Shown here in pieces: positions 10,170-17,954 of a DNA stretch of 64,000 nt (position 1 is its first letter; each line of letters opens with the position of its first letter). Below the pieces are notes generated by a model. That model was not told the DNA's origin. It saw only the letters and a program-made list of their open reading frames with translations, and searched no databases. The stretch is taken from contig NYVR01000076.1 in the NCBI GenBank assembly GCA_002684655.1, forward strand, positions 104-64,103, read 5' to 3'. Source of the DNA: Planctomycetota bacterium (GTDB lineage Bacteria; Planctomycetota; UBA1135; UBA2386). A program made the position numbers and the translations under genes.

Positions 10170-12590
10170 GAGGTGGAGGATGTCGCTGAGACATACGCAG
10201 ACGACGGGTCGACCCTGTCGATCGTGCGCCGCGCGTTCGGGGAGGTCCTGGGCCTGCCGAGCAGTCAGCTCGCAGACGACGACGACTTTTTCGCCGTGGG
10301 CGGGAACTCCCTCCGCGCCGCAATGGTGGTGTCGAAGCTTCGTGGCCACCCCGAGCTTGAAAGCGTCGCTGTCCGCGACGTCTACCGCAGCCCAACGGTG
10401 AGCGGTCTGCTGAAGACCGCTGGCGCTCGCGCCGAGCTTGTTGGCCAGCGCGAGGTCGACGCGGCGGAGCACGGCTCCTCTAAGGGCAACCTAGTGTGGT
10501 TCACGTCGGTTCAGGTCGCCTACTTGTCCGTCGGGTTCGCGCTCGGCGCCGTCGTGGTCTGGGCGATGGTTGAGTATGTCCTGTACTGGTTCCTGACGTT
10601 CTCGCTGTCGACGCTGCTGTTCCTGCTGCCGTGGTTGATGACGGCGCTCTACGTTGCGTGGACGATCGTCACCACGACGACGGCGGTGTGTTTGAAGCGC
10701 GTCCTCATCGGCCGCTACTCGCCGGGCCGCACGCCGGCGTGGGGGCGAACCCGGCTCCGTCACTGGTTGGCGATCCGCGCGGCGCGGCTGATCCCCTGGG
10801 ATCTCGTCGAGGGGACCGAGCTCCAGGCGGTCATGCTGCGATTGCTCGGCGCCAAGGTTGGCAAGCGGGTGCACTTTCACCGGGGCGCAGCGTTGCACGT
10901 CGCTGGCTGGGACCTGCTGGAGATCGGCGACGACGTGACCCTCGGGCGAGACGTCGAGCTGGGGCTTTGCGAATTAGATGACGGTGACTTCGTCGTGGGC
11001 TCCGTCCGCATTGGTCACGGCGCGACGCTGGAGACGCGGTCCAGCGTTGGCCCCGACACTGTCATCGGAGACGGCGCGGTGCTGCGCCCGCTCAGTTTTG
11101 TTCCTGCTGGCGCGCGCGTCGCGCCAGGCGACGTCGTCGACGGCGTACCGGCGACGCCGACGGAGCCGCGCCCGTCGCCAGCGCCGTCGGCTCGGGCCCC
11201 TGGTCCGTCGCGCGCTTATCCATGGATCGTGATCACGTACCGGCTGTGCGCCGGCCCGCTCATGTGGATGCCCTGGGCGCTCTTGCTCTGGGTGCTCGCC
11301 GCGTGGGCTGGGATCGACAGCGACGTGATCCGCAACTGGCTCTTGGTGGACGGGCCGTCGTCCAGGCCCGTATTCTTCCTCGGGCTCGTTGGGCTGGCGG
11401 TAGCGGGTGTGCTGGCTACGCAGCTGCAGACAGCGCTGATGTTGCGCGCCCTGCCTAAAACACGCGCCGGGTCGTTTGGACGATGGACGCTCCGTTATTG
11501 GTGGGCCAGCGTTCGGATGAGCTGGCTGGAAGGCGCCGGCTCTTGGCTCTCTGGGACGTGGTTCTGGCCGCGGTGGCTGCGCCTCGCCGGCATGCGCGTC
11601 GCCGATGACGTCGAGGTCAGTTCGATCCACGACGTCCTCCCTGAGCGGACGTCGCTCGGAGGGCGTTCGTTTCTGGCCGACGGTATCTACCTGGGCGTCC
11701 CGCACGTGCACCGAGGCTGGGTCACGGTCGGAGACACTGCTCTCGGCGACGGGACGTTCTTGGGCAATCACGTGGTGATCGAGCAAGGGCAGCAACTCCC
11801 CGATGACTTGCTCCTCGGCGTCAGCACGGTCTCTGACGATCAGACGATGACGGCGGGCTCATCCTGGTTCGGCCTGCCGGCGTTTCGGTTGCCACAGCGC
11901 GAGATCGTCAAAGTCGATGAACGGCTGACCTACAAGCCAGGCGCGCTCCGCTTCGCCAACCGAATCTTTTGGGAGTCGTCTCGTTTCCTGTTGCCGATCT
12001 TGCCTGCTGCCATGGCGCTGTGGTGGTTTGATGCGTTCGTCGCCTACGGCTTCCTCGGGTCGGTCTGCGCGACCGCTGTGATCACCGTTTCGTTGCCGTT
12101 GATCGTCTTGCTCGCCAAGTGGGCGCTCCTAGGTCGCGTGCGGCCGGGCCAGCACGGCCTTTGGTCTAGCTGGGCGAGTCGGTGGGACTTCCACTACGTA
12201 ATGTGGCAGTTCTACGGCGGCGGGCTCTTGAGCGCGCTGGAGGGGACCTTGATCCTGCCTTGGTATCTACGAGCGATGGGTATGCGGATCGGCAAGCGGT
12301 GCGTGCTCGGCGACGGATTCGCGCAGGTCGTTGACCCGGATATGATCACGATCGAAGACGGCGCGACGGTGCACGCGCTATTTCAGGCGCACAGCTTCGA
12401 AGATCGGGTCCTCAAGATCGATTATGTCCGTCTGCGTGCGCGCTGCACGGTAGGTCGCGGCGCGGTCGTGCTCTACGGGGCTGACGTAGGTGAAGATTCG
12501 CACGTGATGCCCAACAGCGTGATCATGAAGCGGGAGCGCCTGCTGCCGCGGAGGCGATACGCAGGCGCGCCGACCGATTTGGTCTCGTAG
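8670..12590 (+). CDS. Pls-type single-module membrane NRPS: A domain, PCP, then three units of two TM helices plus a hexapeptide-repeat acyltransferase-like domain; putative homopoly(amino acid) synthetase
   Basis: A-domain cores: LAYAIYTSGTTGKPK, NGYGPTECT, GELCIAGPGLARGY, YRTGDLV, GRIDAQVKVRGYRIELEAIE, LPKYMVP, SGKVARK. The PCP has FFAVGGNSLRA. Three hydrophobic helix pairs alternate with three left-handed-beta-helix-like segments. No condensation or thioesterase domain is seen. Start is the GTG at 8670 or the ATG at 8676. Confidence 0.8.
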   Translation: MSMRLTDLFLDAVTRHFERVAVEVPPGEGRPELQQVSYGELASMADRVRSECAAYVTSEVLVVVMLPRETAWLYAAQIGVMWAGAGYVCLDESFPDAHILHVVEDASAVCVVTDRSRRCRFEGVNVPIVTVGDDGPLPSTRPGSYTPPPEWCTERSLAYAIYTSGTTGKPKAVLVEHRGVVNLITSGVARFSVGVEDRMSQNSSPAYDSSLEEIWLALAAGATLVVMDDATVRSGPDLVAWLRRERVTILCPPPTLLRTMGCTSPADALPELRMCYVGGEALSDDLAEVWGGALRLENGYGPTECTVTVVRGQVHPNEPVTIGSPVPPHVAHVLDESLQPVAPGEAGELCIAGPGLARGYLGKPDLTAERFPTLPGMGRVYRTGDLVSVDARGLLHYHGRIDAQVKVRGYRIELEAIESVLARCPAVREVAVVAQGEEPARFLVAHVALIDPSAPPDIAALQSAVAHELPKYMVPARFAWIDHLPRAVSGKVARKMLPAVEVEDVAETYADDGSTLSIVRRAFGEVLGLPSSQLADDDDFFAVGGNSLRAAMVVSKLRGHPELESVAVRDVYRSPTVSGLLKTAGARAELVGQREVDAAEHGSSKGNLVWFTSVQVAYLSVGFALGAVVVWAMVEYVLYWFLTFSLSTLLFLLPWLMTALYVAWTIVTTTTAVCLKRVLIGRYSPGRTPAWGRTRLRHWLAIRAARLIPWDLVEGTELQAVMLRLLGAKVGKRVHFHRGAALHVAGWDLLEIGDDVTLGRDVELGLCELDDGDFVVGSVRIGHGATLETRSSVGPDTVIGDGAVLRPLSFVPAGARVAPGDVVDGVPATPTEPRPSPAPSARAPGPSRAYPWIVITYRLCAGPLMWMPWALLLWVLAAWAGIDSDVIRNWLLVDGPSSRPVFFLGLVGLAVAGVLATQLQTALMLRALPKTRAGSFGRWTLRYWWASVRMSWLEGAGSWLSGTWFWPRWLRLAGMRVADDVEVSSIHDVLPERTSLGGRSFLADGIYLGVPHVHRGWVTVGDTALGDGTFLGNHVVIEQGQQLPDDLLLGVSTVSDDQTMTAGSSWFGLPAFRLPQREIVKVDERLTYKPGALRFANRIFWESSRFLLPILPAAMALWWFDAFVAYGFLGSVCATAVITVSLPLIVLLAKWALLGRVRPGQHGLWSSWASRWDFHYVMWQFYGGGLLSALEGTLILPWYLRAMGMRIGKRCVLGDGFAQVVDPDMITIEDGATVHALFQAHSFEDRVLKIDYVRLRARCTVGRGAVVLYGADVGEDSHVMPNSVIMKRERLLPRRRYAGAPTDLVS
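10212..10424 (+). other. Peptidyl carrier (thiolation) domain; the phosphopantetheine Ser547 codon is at 10308-10310
   Basis: The DDFFAVGGNSLRAAMVV motif is present. Confidence 0.7.
10485..12587 (+). other. Membrane region with three tandem soluble C-terminal domains (approx. aa 700-830, 940-1075 and 1160-1295) separated by TM helix pairs (approx. aa 608-680, 850-925 and 1100-1155)
   Basis: Hydrophobic stretches include VWFTSVQVAYLSVGFALGAVVVWAMV..., YPWIVITYRLCAGPLMWMPWALLLWVLAAWAG and FLLPILPAAMALWWFDAFVAYGFLGSVCATAVITVSLPLIVLLAKWALLG. Repeated motifs of the type G(M)R(I/V)G..V... IGD..T(L/V)G occur in each soluble segment. Confidence 0.65.
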
Positions 12591-12804
12591 TTCGAGCGGC
12601 GAGGCTGAGCTTGGAAGCGCCGTCGCGCCGAGCGCGCCCGCTCAACTGCAGCGCCGGTTGGGGACCAGCCGCGCCACGAAGATTCCCAGCAGCGCCCCTC
12701 CGGGGAGCGCGAGGGGAACCCCGAAGCGGCTCTGGAGCAGCCATCCTACGGTCGTCATTAGGGCCGCGACCGCGACCCGCCTTGGGGAGTTGAGCGCTCA
12801 GAGC

Positions 12805-13260
12805 ATGTCGTTTTGCCGGTGTATTGTCCGCGGCCGCGATTTGTTGCAGGGGGTTCGACGCATCCCGGCGCCTGCCTGGACGAATCGCTTCGGCGTGGTC
12901 GTTCGCAGCAAGATATGCGCCCGATGCGGTCGTTCCTTTGACTGGCGCAAGAAGTGGGAGGCGTGCTGGGACGAGGTGCGCTTCTGTAGCCAAAAGTGCC
13001 GCCGCAGCAGGCCTTCGGAGCTCGACGCCCGTCTAGAGCATGCCATCAGCACGCTGCTCGAGCGTCGCGCCGCCGGCGGCACGATCTGTCCGTCTGAGGC
13101 GGCGCGCGCCGTCGCAGACGATTGGCGTCCGTTGCTCGAGCGAACGCGTATGGCGGCCCGTCGGCTCGCGGCCCAAGGCGAGGTAGAGATCACGCAGGGC
13201 GGCCGTGTCGTTGACCCGGACACCGCGCGGGGCGCGGTCCGGATCCGACGCCGTCGATGA
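12805..13260 (+). CDS. DUF2256-like zinc-ribbon fused to a DUF3253-like domain
   Basis: The zinc-ribbon reads CARCGRSFDWRKKWEACWDEVRFCSQKCR. It is followed by ICPSEAARAV...WRPLLERTRMAARRLAAQGEVEITQGGRVVDP. The start is uncertain; the ATG at 12805 was chosen. Confidence 0.55.
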   Translation: MSFCRCIVRGRDLLQGVRRIPAPAWTNRFGVVVRSKICARCGRSFDWRKKWEACWDEVRFCSQKCRRSRPSELDARLEHAISTLLERRAAGGTICPSEAARAVADDWRPLLERTRMAARRLAAQGEVEITQGGRVVDPDTARGAVRIRRRR

Positions 13261-13272
13261 ATATGCGGCCGC

Positions 13273-13680
13273 TCAGGTCGCCCAGTGGAACGTGATCGGC
13301 GCGTCGATGTCCGGGTGCAAGCTCTTGTGCACCGGGCACGTGTGCGCGGCGCGCTCGAGGATCAGCTTCTCTTTGTCGCTGTAGGTGCCTTCGACCGTTA
13401 CGTCGACGGGCAAGCGTCCGATGCGTCGAGGCTCCGCGTTCATGTGCTTTCCGGCCGTCGCGCGGACCCCCTTCAGGTCGATTCCGCGCCGCTTCGCGAC
13501 GATGCCGAGCGTCGTCAGGATGCACGTCGCCACCGCAGTCGCGACGAGATCGGTGGGCGAGAAGTAGCGGCCCATGCCCATGTTGTCCTTGGGTGCGTCC
13601 GTTTGAATCGTGTGCTGGGACGGTTCGTGCACCGCGGTGCAGCAGAGATCGCCTTCATAGGTGGCTTGGATCGTGACCAT
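13273..13680 (-). CDS. OsmC/Ohr family protein
   Basis: The size is 135 aa. Typical OsmC sequence is present (FSPTDLVATAVATCILTTL...ERAAHTCPVHKSL). Confidence 0.75.
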   Translation of the reverse strand: MVTIQATYEGDLCCTAVHEPSQHTIQTDAPKDNMGMGRYFSPTDLVATAVATCILTTLGIVAKRRGIDLKGVRATAGKHMNAEPRRIGRLPVDVTVEGTYSDKEKLILERAAHTCPVHKSLHPDIDAPITFHWAT

Positions 13681-13698
13681 GCCAGCAGCGTAGCGGCC

Positions 13699-14574
13699 TC
13701 AGGGCTTCTTGGTCAGCAGTTCGTAGGCGCGTTGGATCGCGCGGAAGCGCTCGGTGGCCTCGCGTTGCGCGGCGTCGCCGAGGTTCGGCTGGGCGTCTGG
13801 GTGAAACTTCCGGACCAGTTCGCGGTGTCGCCGTCGGATCTGCGAGGCCGTCGCCTGCGCCGGCAAGCCGAGGACGGCGAGGGCGTCGACGCGGGCGTTG
13901 GCCGGGCGAGCGTCCTCGCGTTCACCGCGGCCGTGTCGCTGTCCGGAAAGAAACTGCGCGCGCGCGAGATGAAAGAGCATGCGCGCCCTGGGTTGCGGGA
14001 TGCCGAGCCCTTTCGCCACGTCGTGCAGGGCCGCGTGTTCGTCGGGGCGGAATTTCCCGTCGATGAACGTGACCATCGCGCACCAGCAGAACAAGGTGTC
14101 GAGCTCCGGTTCGTCCAGGCTGACGGCGATACGCGCTGCGAGCCCGACGCGGTCGTCGACCATGAGCGGCTGCCTCTCCCACGCCCTGATCTCGTGGTCG
14201 CTGACCGGGAATCGCGGCAGCAAGAACGTGCGCACGAGGTCCCGCTCACCCTGGCTGATCGGTCCATCGGACTGCGCGACGGCGAACAACAGATAGTAGA
14301 TGCGGCGCGGCAGCGACGCGCGTTGCCACGCTTGACGGGCAGCATCGCCCCACTCTTTGCGGGTCCGGTCGCGGTAGCTGAAGAGGCGCGTGATGGGGCC
14401 GATCGCCGTGAGCGCGATGTAGAACCCGACGAAGCCCAGCGCCATGGTCGCGAGGCCGAGCGGGTCCTTCAGCGGCACTATGCGGGGCACGACCCGGAGA
14501 CCTGCGGCCGCGAGAATGATGACGCCGAGCGTGAATCGGCCGAGCCAGAACTGCAGAGAAGAACGATCAGCCAT
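13699..14574 (-). CDS. DjlA-like membrane co-chaperone (two TM helices, TerB-like middle, C-terminal J domain)
   Basis: The C-terminal J domain contains HPD (ALAVLGLPAQATASQIRRRHRELVRKFHPD...AYELL). N-terminal hydrophobic helices are present. Confidence 0.7.
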   Translation of the reverse strand: MADRSSLQFWLGRFTLGVIILAAAGLRVVPRIVPLKDPLGLATMALGFVGFYIALTAIGPITRLFSYRDRTRKEWGDAARQAWQRASLPRRIYYLLFAVAQSDGPISQGERDLVRTFLLPRFPVSDHEIRAWERQPLMVDDRVGLAARIAVSLDEPELDTLFCWCAMVTFIDGKFRPDEHAALHDVAKGLGIPQPRARMLFHLARAQFLSGQRHGRGEREDARPANARVDALAVLGLPAQATASQIRRRHRELVRKFHPDAQPNLGDAAQREATERFRAIQRAYELLTKKP

Positions 14575-14633
14575 TGCCGACGGGTTCGAACGCTACGCAA
14601 TCGTCGGCGCCGGCGCGATCCCCGGTCGCTGAG

Positions 14634-15521
14634 TCACGCACGTTGCGCGAAGAAGACGCTGCCGACCACCAAGGCGATGCCGGCGAGGCTCCACGTCCCG
14701 GGTATCTGCCCGAACAACAGCGCGCCGAAGGCCATCGCGAACGCGATCTGTAAGTAGCCGACGGAGATCGCCTTGCCTGCGCGCTCTCGCGCGAGCCCCT
14801 TGGTGAGGGCCAACTGTGCCACCTGCGTCGCTGCGCCCACGCCCAGCAGCAGCAGCCAGCCCTGCAGATCGGGCGGGACCCATTCGGCGATCGCGAATGG
14901 CAGGCTGACAGGCACCGAGATCGCCGGGAAGTAGAAGACGACCAGGATCGGCGGCTCGGTCTCGCCGAGCTTTCGGACAGAGACATAGGCGAACGACGCG
15001 AGCAGCGCGCCTGCGACGCCGACGGCGACGTAGGTCCAGGAGATGCCCGTCGCCGCGGCGTCGCCGCCGAATAAGGCCGCTGGCTGCGCGATCAGGATCA
15101 CCCCTGCGAACGCGAGCGCCATGCCCAGCAGCACGCGGCGCTCGAGACGTTCGCCCAGCCACAGCGAGGCGACGACCGCAGTCAGGACAGGGCTGATGTG
15201 GTGGATGACGGTTGCTTCGGCGAGCGGCAGGTGAATGACGGCCGCGTAGAAGCAGATGAATCCGCCAGAGCCGAAGACGCCGCGGAGGACGAGCAGGCGG
15301 TTATTCTCGCCCCAGGGCGGCTGCTTGGCGCGGACGAGGCCGACGGTGCTCAACGCCAGCGTGACGACGGCGCGCGCCAGTACGATCTGCATGGTAGGCA
15401 GGCCGCGTTCGGCCGCGAGCTTGACCAGCAGGGCCATCACCGCGAACCAGAACGCAGCTTGGACCATGTAGCCGATCCCTCCGCTACGGTGTTCTGCAGG
15501 CGAACGCCCGGGGTTGTTCAA
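14634..15521 (-). CDS. EamA/DMT-family permease
   Basis: It has about 10 hydrophobic helices in two repeated halves. The sequence style is typical of EamA. Confidence 0.7.
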   Translation of the reverse strand: MNNPGRSPAEHRSGGIGYMVQAAFWFAVMALLVKLAAERGLPTMQIVLARAVVTLALSTVGLVRAKQPPWGENNRLLVLRGVFGSGGFICFYAAVIHLPLAEATVIHHISPVLTAVVASLWLGERLERRVLLGMALAFAGVILIAQPAALFGGDAAATGISWTYVAVGVAGALLASFAYVSVRKLGETEPPILVVFYFPAISVPVSLPFAIAEWVPPDLQGWLLLLGVGAATQVAQLALTKGLARERAGKAISVGYLQIAFAMAFGALLFGQIPGTWSLAGIALVVGSVFFAQRA

Positions 15522-16483
15522 CGTAGCTTGGCTGGATCGAAGCCGAGGGTGTTCGCCAGCGCGGCGATGCGCGCGGCGGTTAGTTCGTCTGCGTCGCTTG
15601 GGGCGCAGAGCACTACGTCGCCGCCTTCAGGGAGCAGCCTGCGGACGGCTGCCGCGGCGGCGCGCGCTACCGCGGCGGGTGGGCAGCCGATGCGGCAGGT
15701 GTCGTGATCCTCTCGGAGCAAGGGGTCAAGGACGATCACGGCGGCGGGGCCGTCGGGCGCGTCGCGGACGGCCCGCTGTGCCGCGGCGGTCTCTCGTGGA
15801 TCGCTGGTGGTCAGGAGGAGCGCGCCGGCGCCGCGTTCGACGGCTGCCGTTGCTGATGCCGGCTCGAAGAGCTCAAGCGTCGGTCGGCGGCTAGCTGCCG
15901 CGCGCACGTCCTCGACAGCGCCCTGCTGCGCGTCTGTTGGCTGCGCCGACGCGAGCAAGGCCACTTTACGGACAGTCGTGGCCGCGGTGGGGCGTGGGCC
16001 GGCGCTGGTGGGTTGGCTGCGCAGCAGCGCGAAGATGGCGTCGGCTGGTCCCGCGGTCGTCGCGCCGCCGGCCGCGCGGTTGGCCTTCGTCCAAGTGCGC
16101 GCGCCGAGTTCGTAGCGGGCGTTGGTCGGCTGGGTGCCTTGGCACGCGAGCAGCGCTAGATCGACACCGGCGCTAGCTCCCGTTGGCGCCTCGACGCAGA
16201 CGTCGGGCATCGGACCGTCACCAGGGCGCGCGCCGACGACGATCAAAAACGGGCTTTGATCGCGGCCTGCGGCGGCGACGGCGCCGAGCGTGGGCGCGAT
16301 GCCGCAGTCGACGGCGATCACGAGCGTCGCCTCGGGGTGCTCGCGCAGCGTCGCGCCGAGATCCGTTGGTGCGCACGCGGCTACGGCGCGGAGACCGCCT
16401 TCATCACCAGCTGCGCGTTTCGGCTGCCCGCAGCCTGTCCACGCGCAGGCGAGCAGCAGCAGAAGACCTCGCGAGCGCATCAT
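15518..16483 (-). CDS. Hypothetical lipoprotein, possibly with a periplasmic-binding-protein-like fold
   Basis: It has a lipobox (LLLLACAWTGCG). Its stop overlaps the EamA start by 4 bp. No firm family assignment. Confidence 0.45.
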   Translation of the reverse strand: MMRSRGLLLLLACAWTGCGQPKRAAGDEGGLRAVAACAPTDLGATLREHPEATLVIAVDCGIAPTLGAVAAAGRDQSPFLIVVGARPGDGPMPDVCVEAPTGASAGVDLALLACQGTQPTNARYELGARTWTKANRAAGGATTAGPADAIFALLRSQPTSAGPRPTAATTVRKVALLASAQPTDAQQGAVEDVRAAASRRPTLELFEPASATAAVERGAGALLLTTSDPRETAAAQRAVRDAPDGPAAVIVLDPLLREDHDTCRIGCPPAAVARAAAAAVRRLLPEGGDVVLCAPSDADELTAARIAALANTLGFDPAKLR

Positions 16484-16534
16484 CGCAGATGATCATGGCG
16501 CGCAGTTTGGCCGCTGCAACGATGCAGGTGCAGC

Positions 16535-17566
16535 TCAGCGGATCGGCGTCGCGAAGAACGTGACGACCGCGGCAGCGACGTGCGCGGGCTGTAGGCGGCT
16601 GGGGCGAAGTTCACGCGTCGTCTGGCCACCCGCTGGTTCGCACCAGGGGCCGAAATACAGCTGAGGTGTGGGCGTATCGGGAGGGTCTGCGTGCCAGCTC
16701 GCGCCGTCGTGCTCGGGCTCACGTCGCCGCAGCGCGTCTCGGAGCGGGCGCAGGTCTCTGCGTTGCGGCGGGCGGGTCGTTAAGAGCTCACACCAACTCT
16801 CTATGCGGTCGTGGTAGCAGTAGAGAAAGCCGGCCGCGCTGTCGTGGACGTGTAGGACACGGAACGCGCCTGCTAAGGTGTCGAGAGTTATGCGGTGTAG
16901 AGGTGTGGTTGTCGTGACCGTGCTCAGGCCGACGTCGCATCGGATGTCACGTTGGATGGCGCCGCGTAGGGCGCTGTCGATCTCTTGCTGCACCGTGGAC
17001 ATCTCTGCTTCGTAGAGGTCTCGGTAGCCGCCGGTGTTTTCGATCACAGACTCAGCGTTCTCCAGCAGCCACTGGTAACGCGCGAGCGTCAGCTGCTGCT
17101 CGTTGGTGACGCTGCGGAACGCGCCCGCGACCGGGGATCCTGGCCGTGCAAGGTGCTGGACGATGCGATCGATGGCGAAGCCGCGCCAGGTGTGCCAGAC
17201 GCCGAAGCAGCCAACGCCGGCGGCCGAGAGCAGGATGTCTTCGTAACGGCAGGCGACATCGGGCCGCAACACGGCCAGCAAGGCCGCGAAGCCGTCGGTT
17301 GTGTAGTGCCCGTCGACGACATGGTCGGTGTTCGCCAAGAACGCTCGCTGCTCGTCCGGGCAGGCGCGCGCGAAGCGCAGCGCGATCGCGGCGCTGAGGT
17401 CGGCTCGCCATGCCAGGGGCGTGCGGTTGCCGGGCCGCTGCGACAGATTCGGTCCGGCGGCTGCCACGCCGTCAACCGAGAGCGGAGAGGTTTGAGATCC
17501 GGTTGAACCGGGCTCCACCAGGGCGAGTTTCGATGCCGGGCTTCCCTGGGGCGTCGAAGAGATCAT
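16535..17566 (-). CDS. Hypothetical protein
   Basis: The frame has a high-GC3 coding signal. The start was trimmed to the ATG at 17566 because the tracked ORF runs into the tRNA gene. No recognisable family. Confidence 0.45.
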   Translation of the reverse strand: MISSTPQGSPASKLALVEPGSTGSQTSPLSVDGVAAAGPNLSQRPGNRTPLAWRADLSAAIALRFARACPDEQRAFLANTDHVVDGHYTTDGFAALLAVLRPDVACRYEDILLSAAGVGCFGVWHTWRGFAIDRIVQHLARPGSPVAGAFRSVTNEQQLTLARYQWLLENAESVIENTGGYRDLYEAEMSTVQQEIDSALRGAIQRDIRCDVGLSTVTTTTPLHRITLDTLAGAFRVLHVHDSAAGFLYCYHDRIESWCELLTTRPPQRRDLRPLRDALRRREPEHDGASWHADPPDTPTPQLYFGPWCEPAGGQTTRELRPSRLQPAHVAAAVVTFFATPIR

Positions 17567-17694
17567 GGGCCGCCGGCATGGACCGAGGAAAATCCGCGTC
17601 CAATCTCGGATCGCGACGAAGAGACATCTGATCGCACGGCCCGCAAGGGCACACACGAGCGGTCCCTTCGAAACGAGAGAGCGAAGAGTGGCTT

Positions 17695-17732
17695 CGGCCG
17701 GCGGGGGTGTGAGCCCGCCGGCCGATTTTTTT
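17695..17732 (+). terminator. Intrinsic terminator with no upstream plus-strand CDS
   Basis: A perfect 11-bp GC stem pairs cggccggcggg (17695-17705) with cccgccggccg (17714-17724) around an 8-nt loop. It is followed by A and T7 (17726-17732). Confidence 0.7.
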
Positions 17733-17789
17733 AGCCCCGCCGTGTCGTTTAAGCCAGCCGCCAACGCCTGAATTGCGCCAGAGAATGGC

Positions 17790-17817
17790 TTGCAAACCGC
17801 CCTGGGACAGGTAGCTT
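17790..17817 (+). promoter_or_regulatory. Possible sigma70-type promoter for the tRNA gene
   Basis: TTGCAA (17790-17795), a 16-nt spacer, then TAGCTT (17812-17817), about 20 nt upstream of the mature tRNA 5' end. Motif match only. Confidence 0.3.
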
Positions 17818-17836
17818 CCCCGGCCCCCAACGGCGT

Positions 17837-17912
17837 GGGGACGTAGCTCAATTGGTAGAGTCCCGGACTGTCTATCCGGTGGTTGCGGGTTCGATCCCCG
17901 TCGTCCTCGCCA
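17837..17912 (+). tRNA. tRNA, apparent anticodon GUC (Asp), 76 nt with encoded CCA
   Basis: The cloverleaf was folded by hand. The acceptor stem pairs GGGGACG with CGTCCTC. The D arm is GCTC-AATTGGTA-GAGT. The anticodon stem pairs CCGGA with TCCGG around the loop CTGTCTA. The T arm is GCGGG-TTCGATC-CCCGT, with discriminator G73 and CCA. Confidence 0.8.
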
Positions 17913-17917
17913 ACAAA

Positions 17918-17954
17918 GCCCTCTGGAGCGCTGCTCCGGAGGGCTTTTTCTTTT
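17918..17954 (+). terminator. Intrinsic terminator of the tRNA gene
   Basis: An 11-bp stem pairs gccctctggag with ctccggagggc (one G-U pair) around a 5-nt loop. It is followed by TTTTTCTTTT. Confidence 0.8.

Noticed and set aside
16535-17851. The full 438-aa tracked ORF.
   Set aside because: Its first ~95 codons run through the tRNA promoter region and into the tRNA gene itself (17837-17851). The CDS was shortened to the ATG at 17566.
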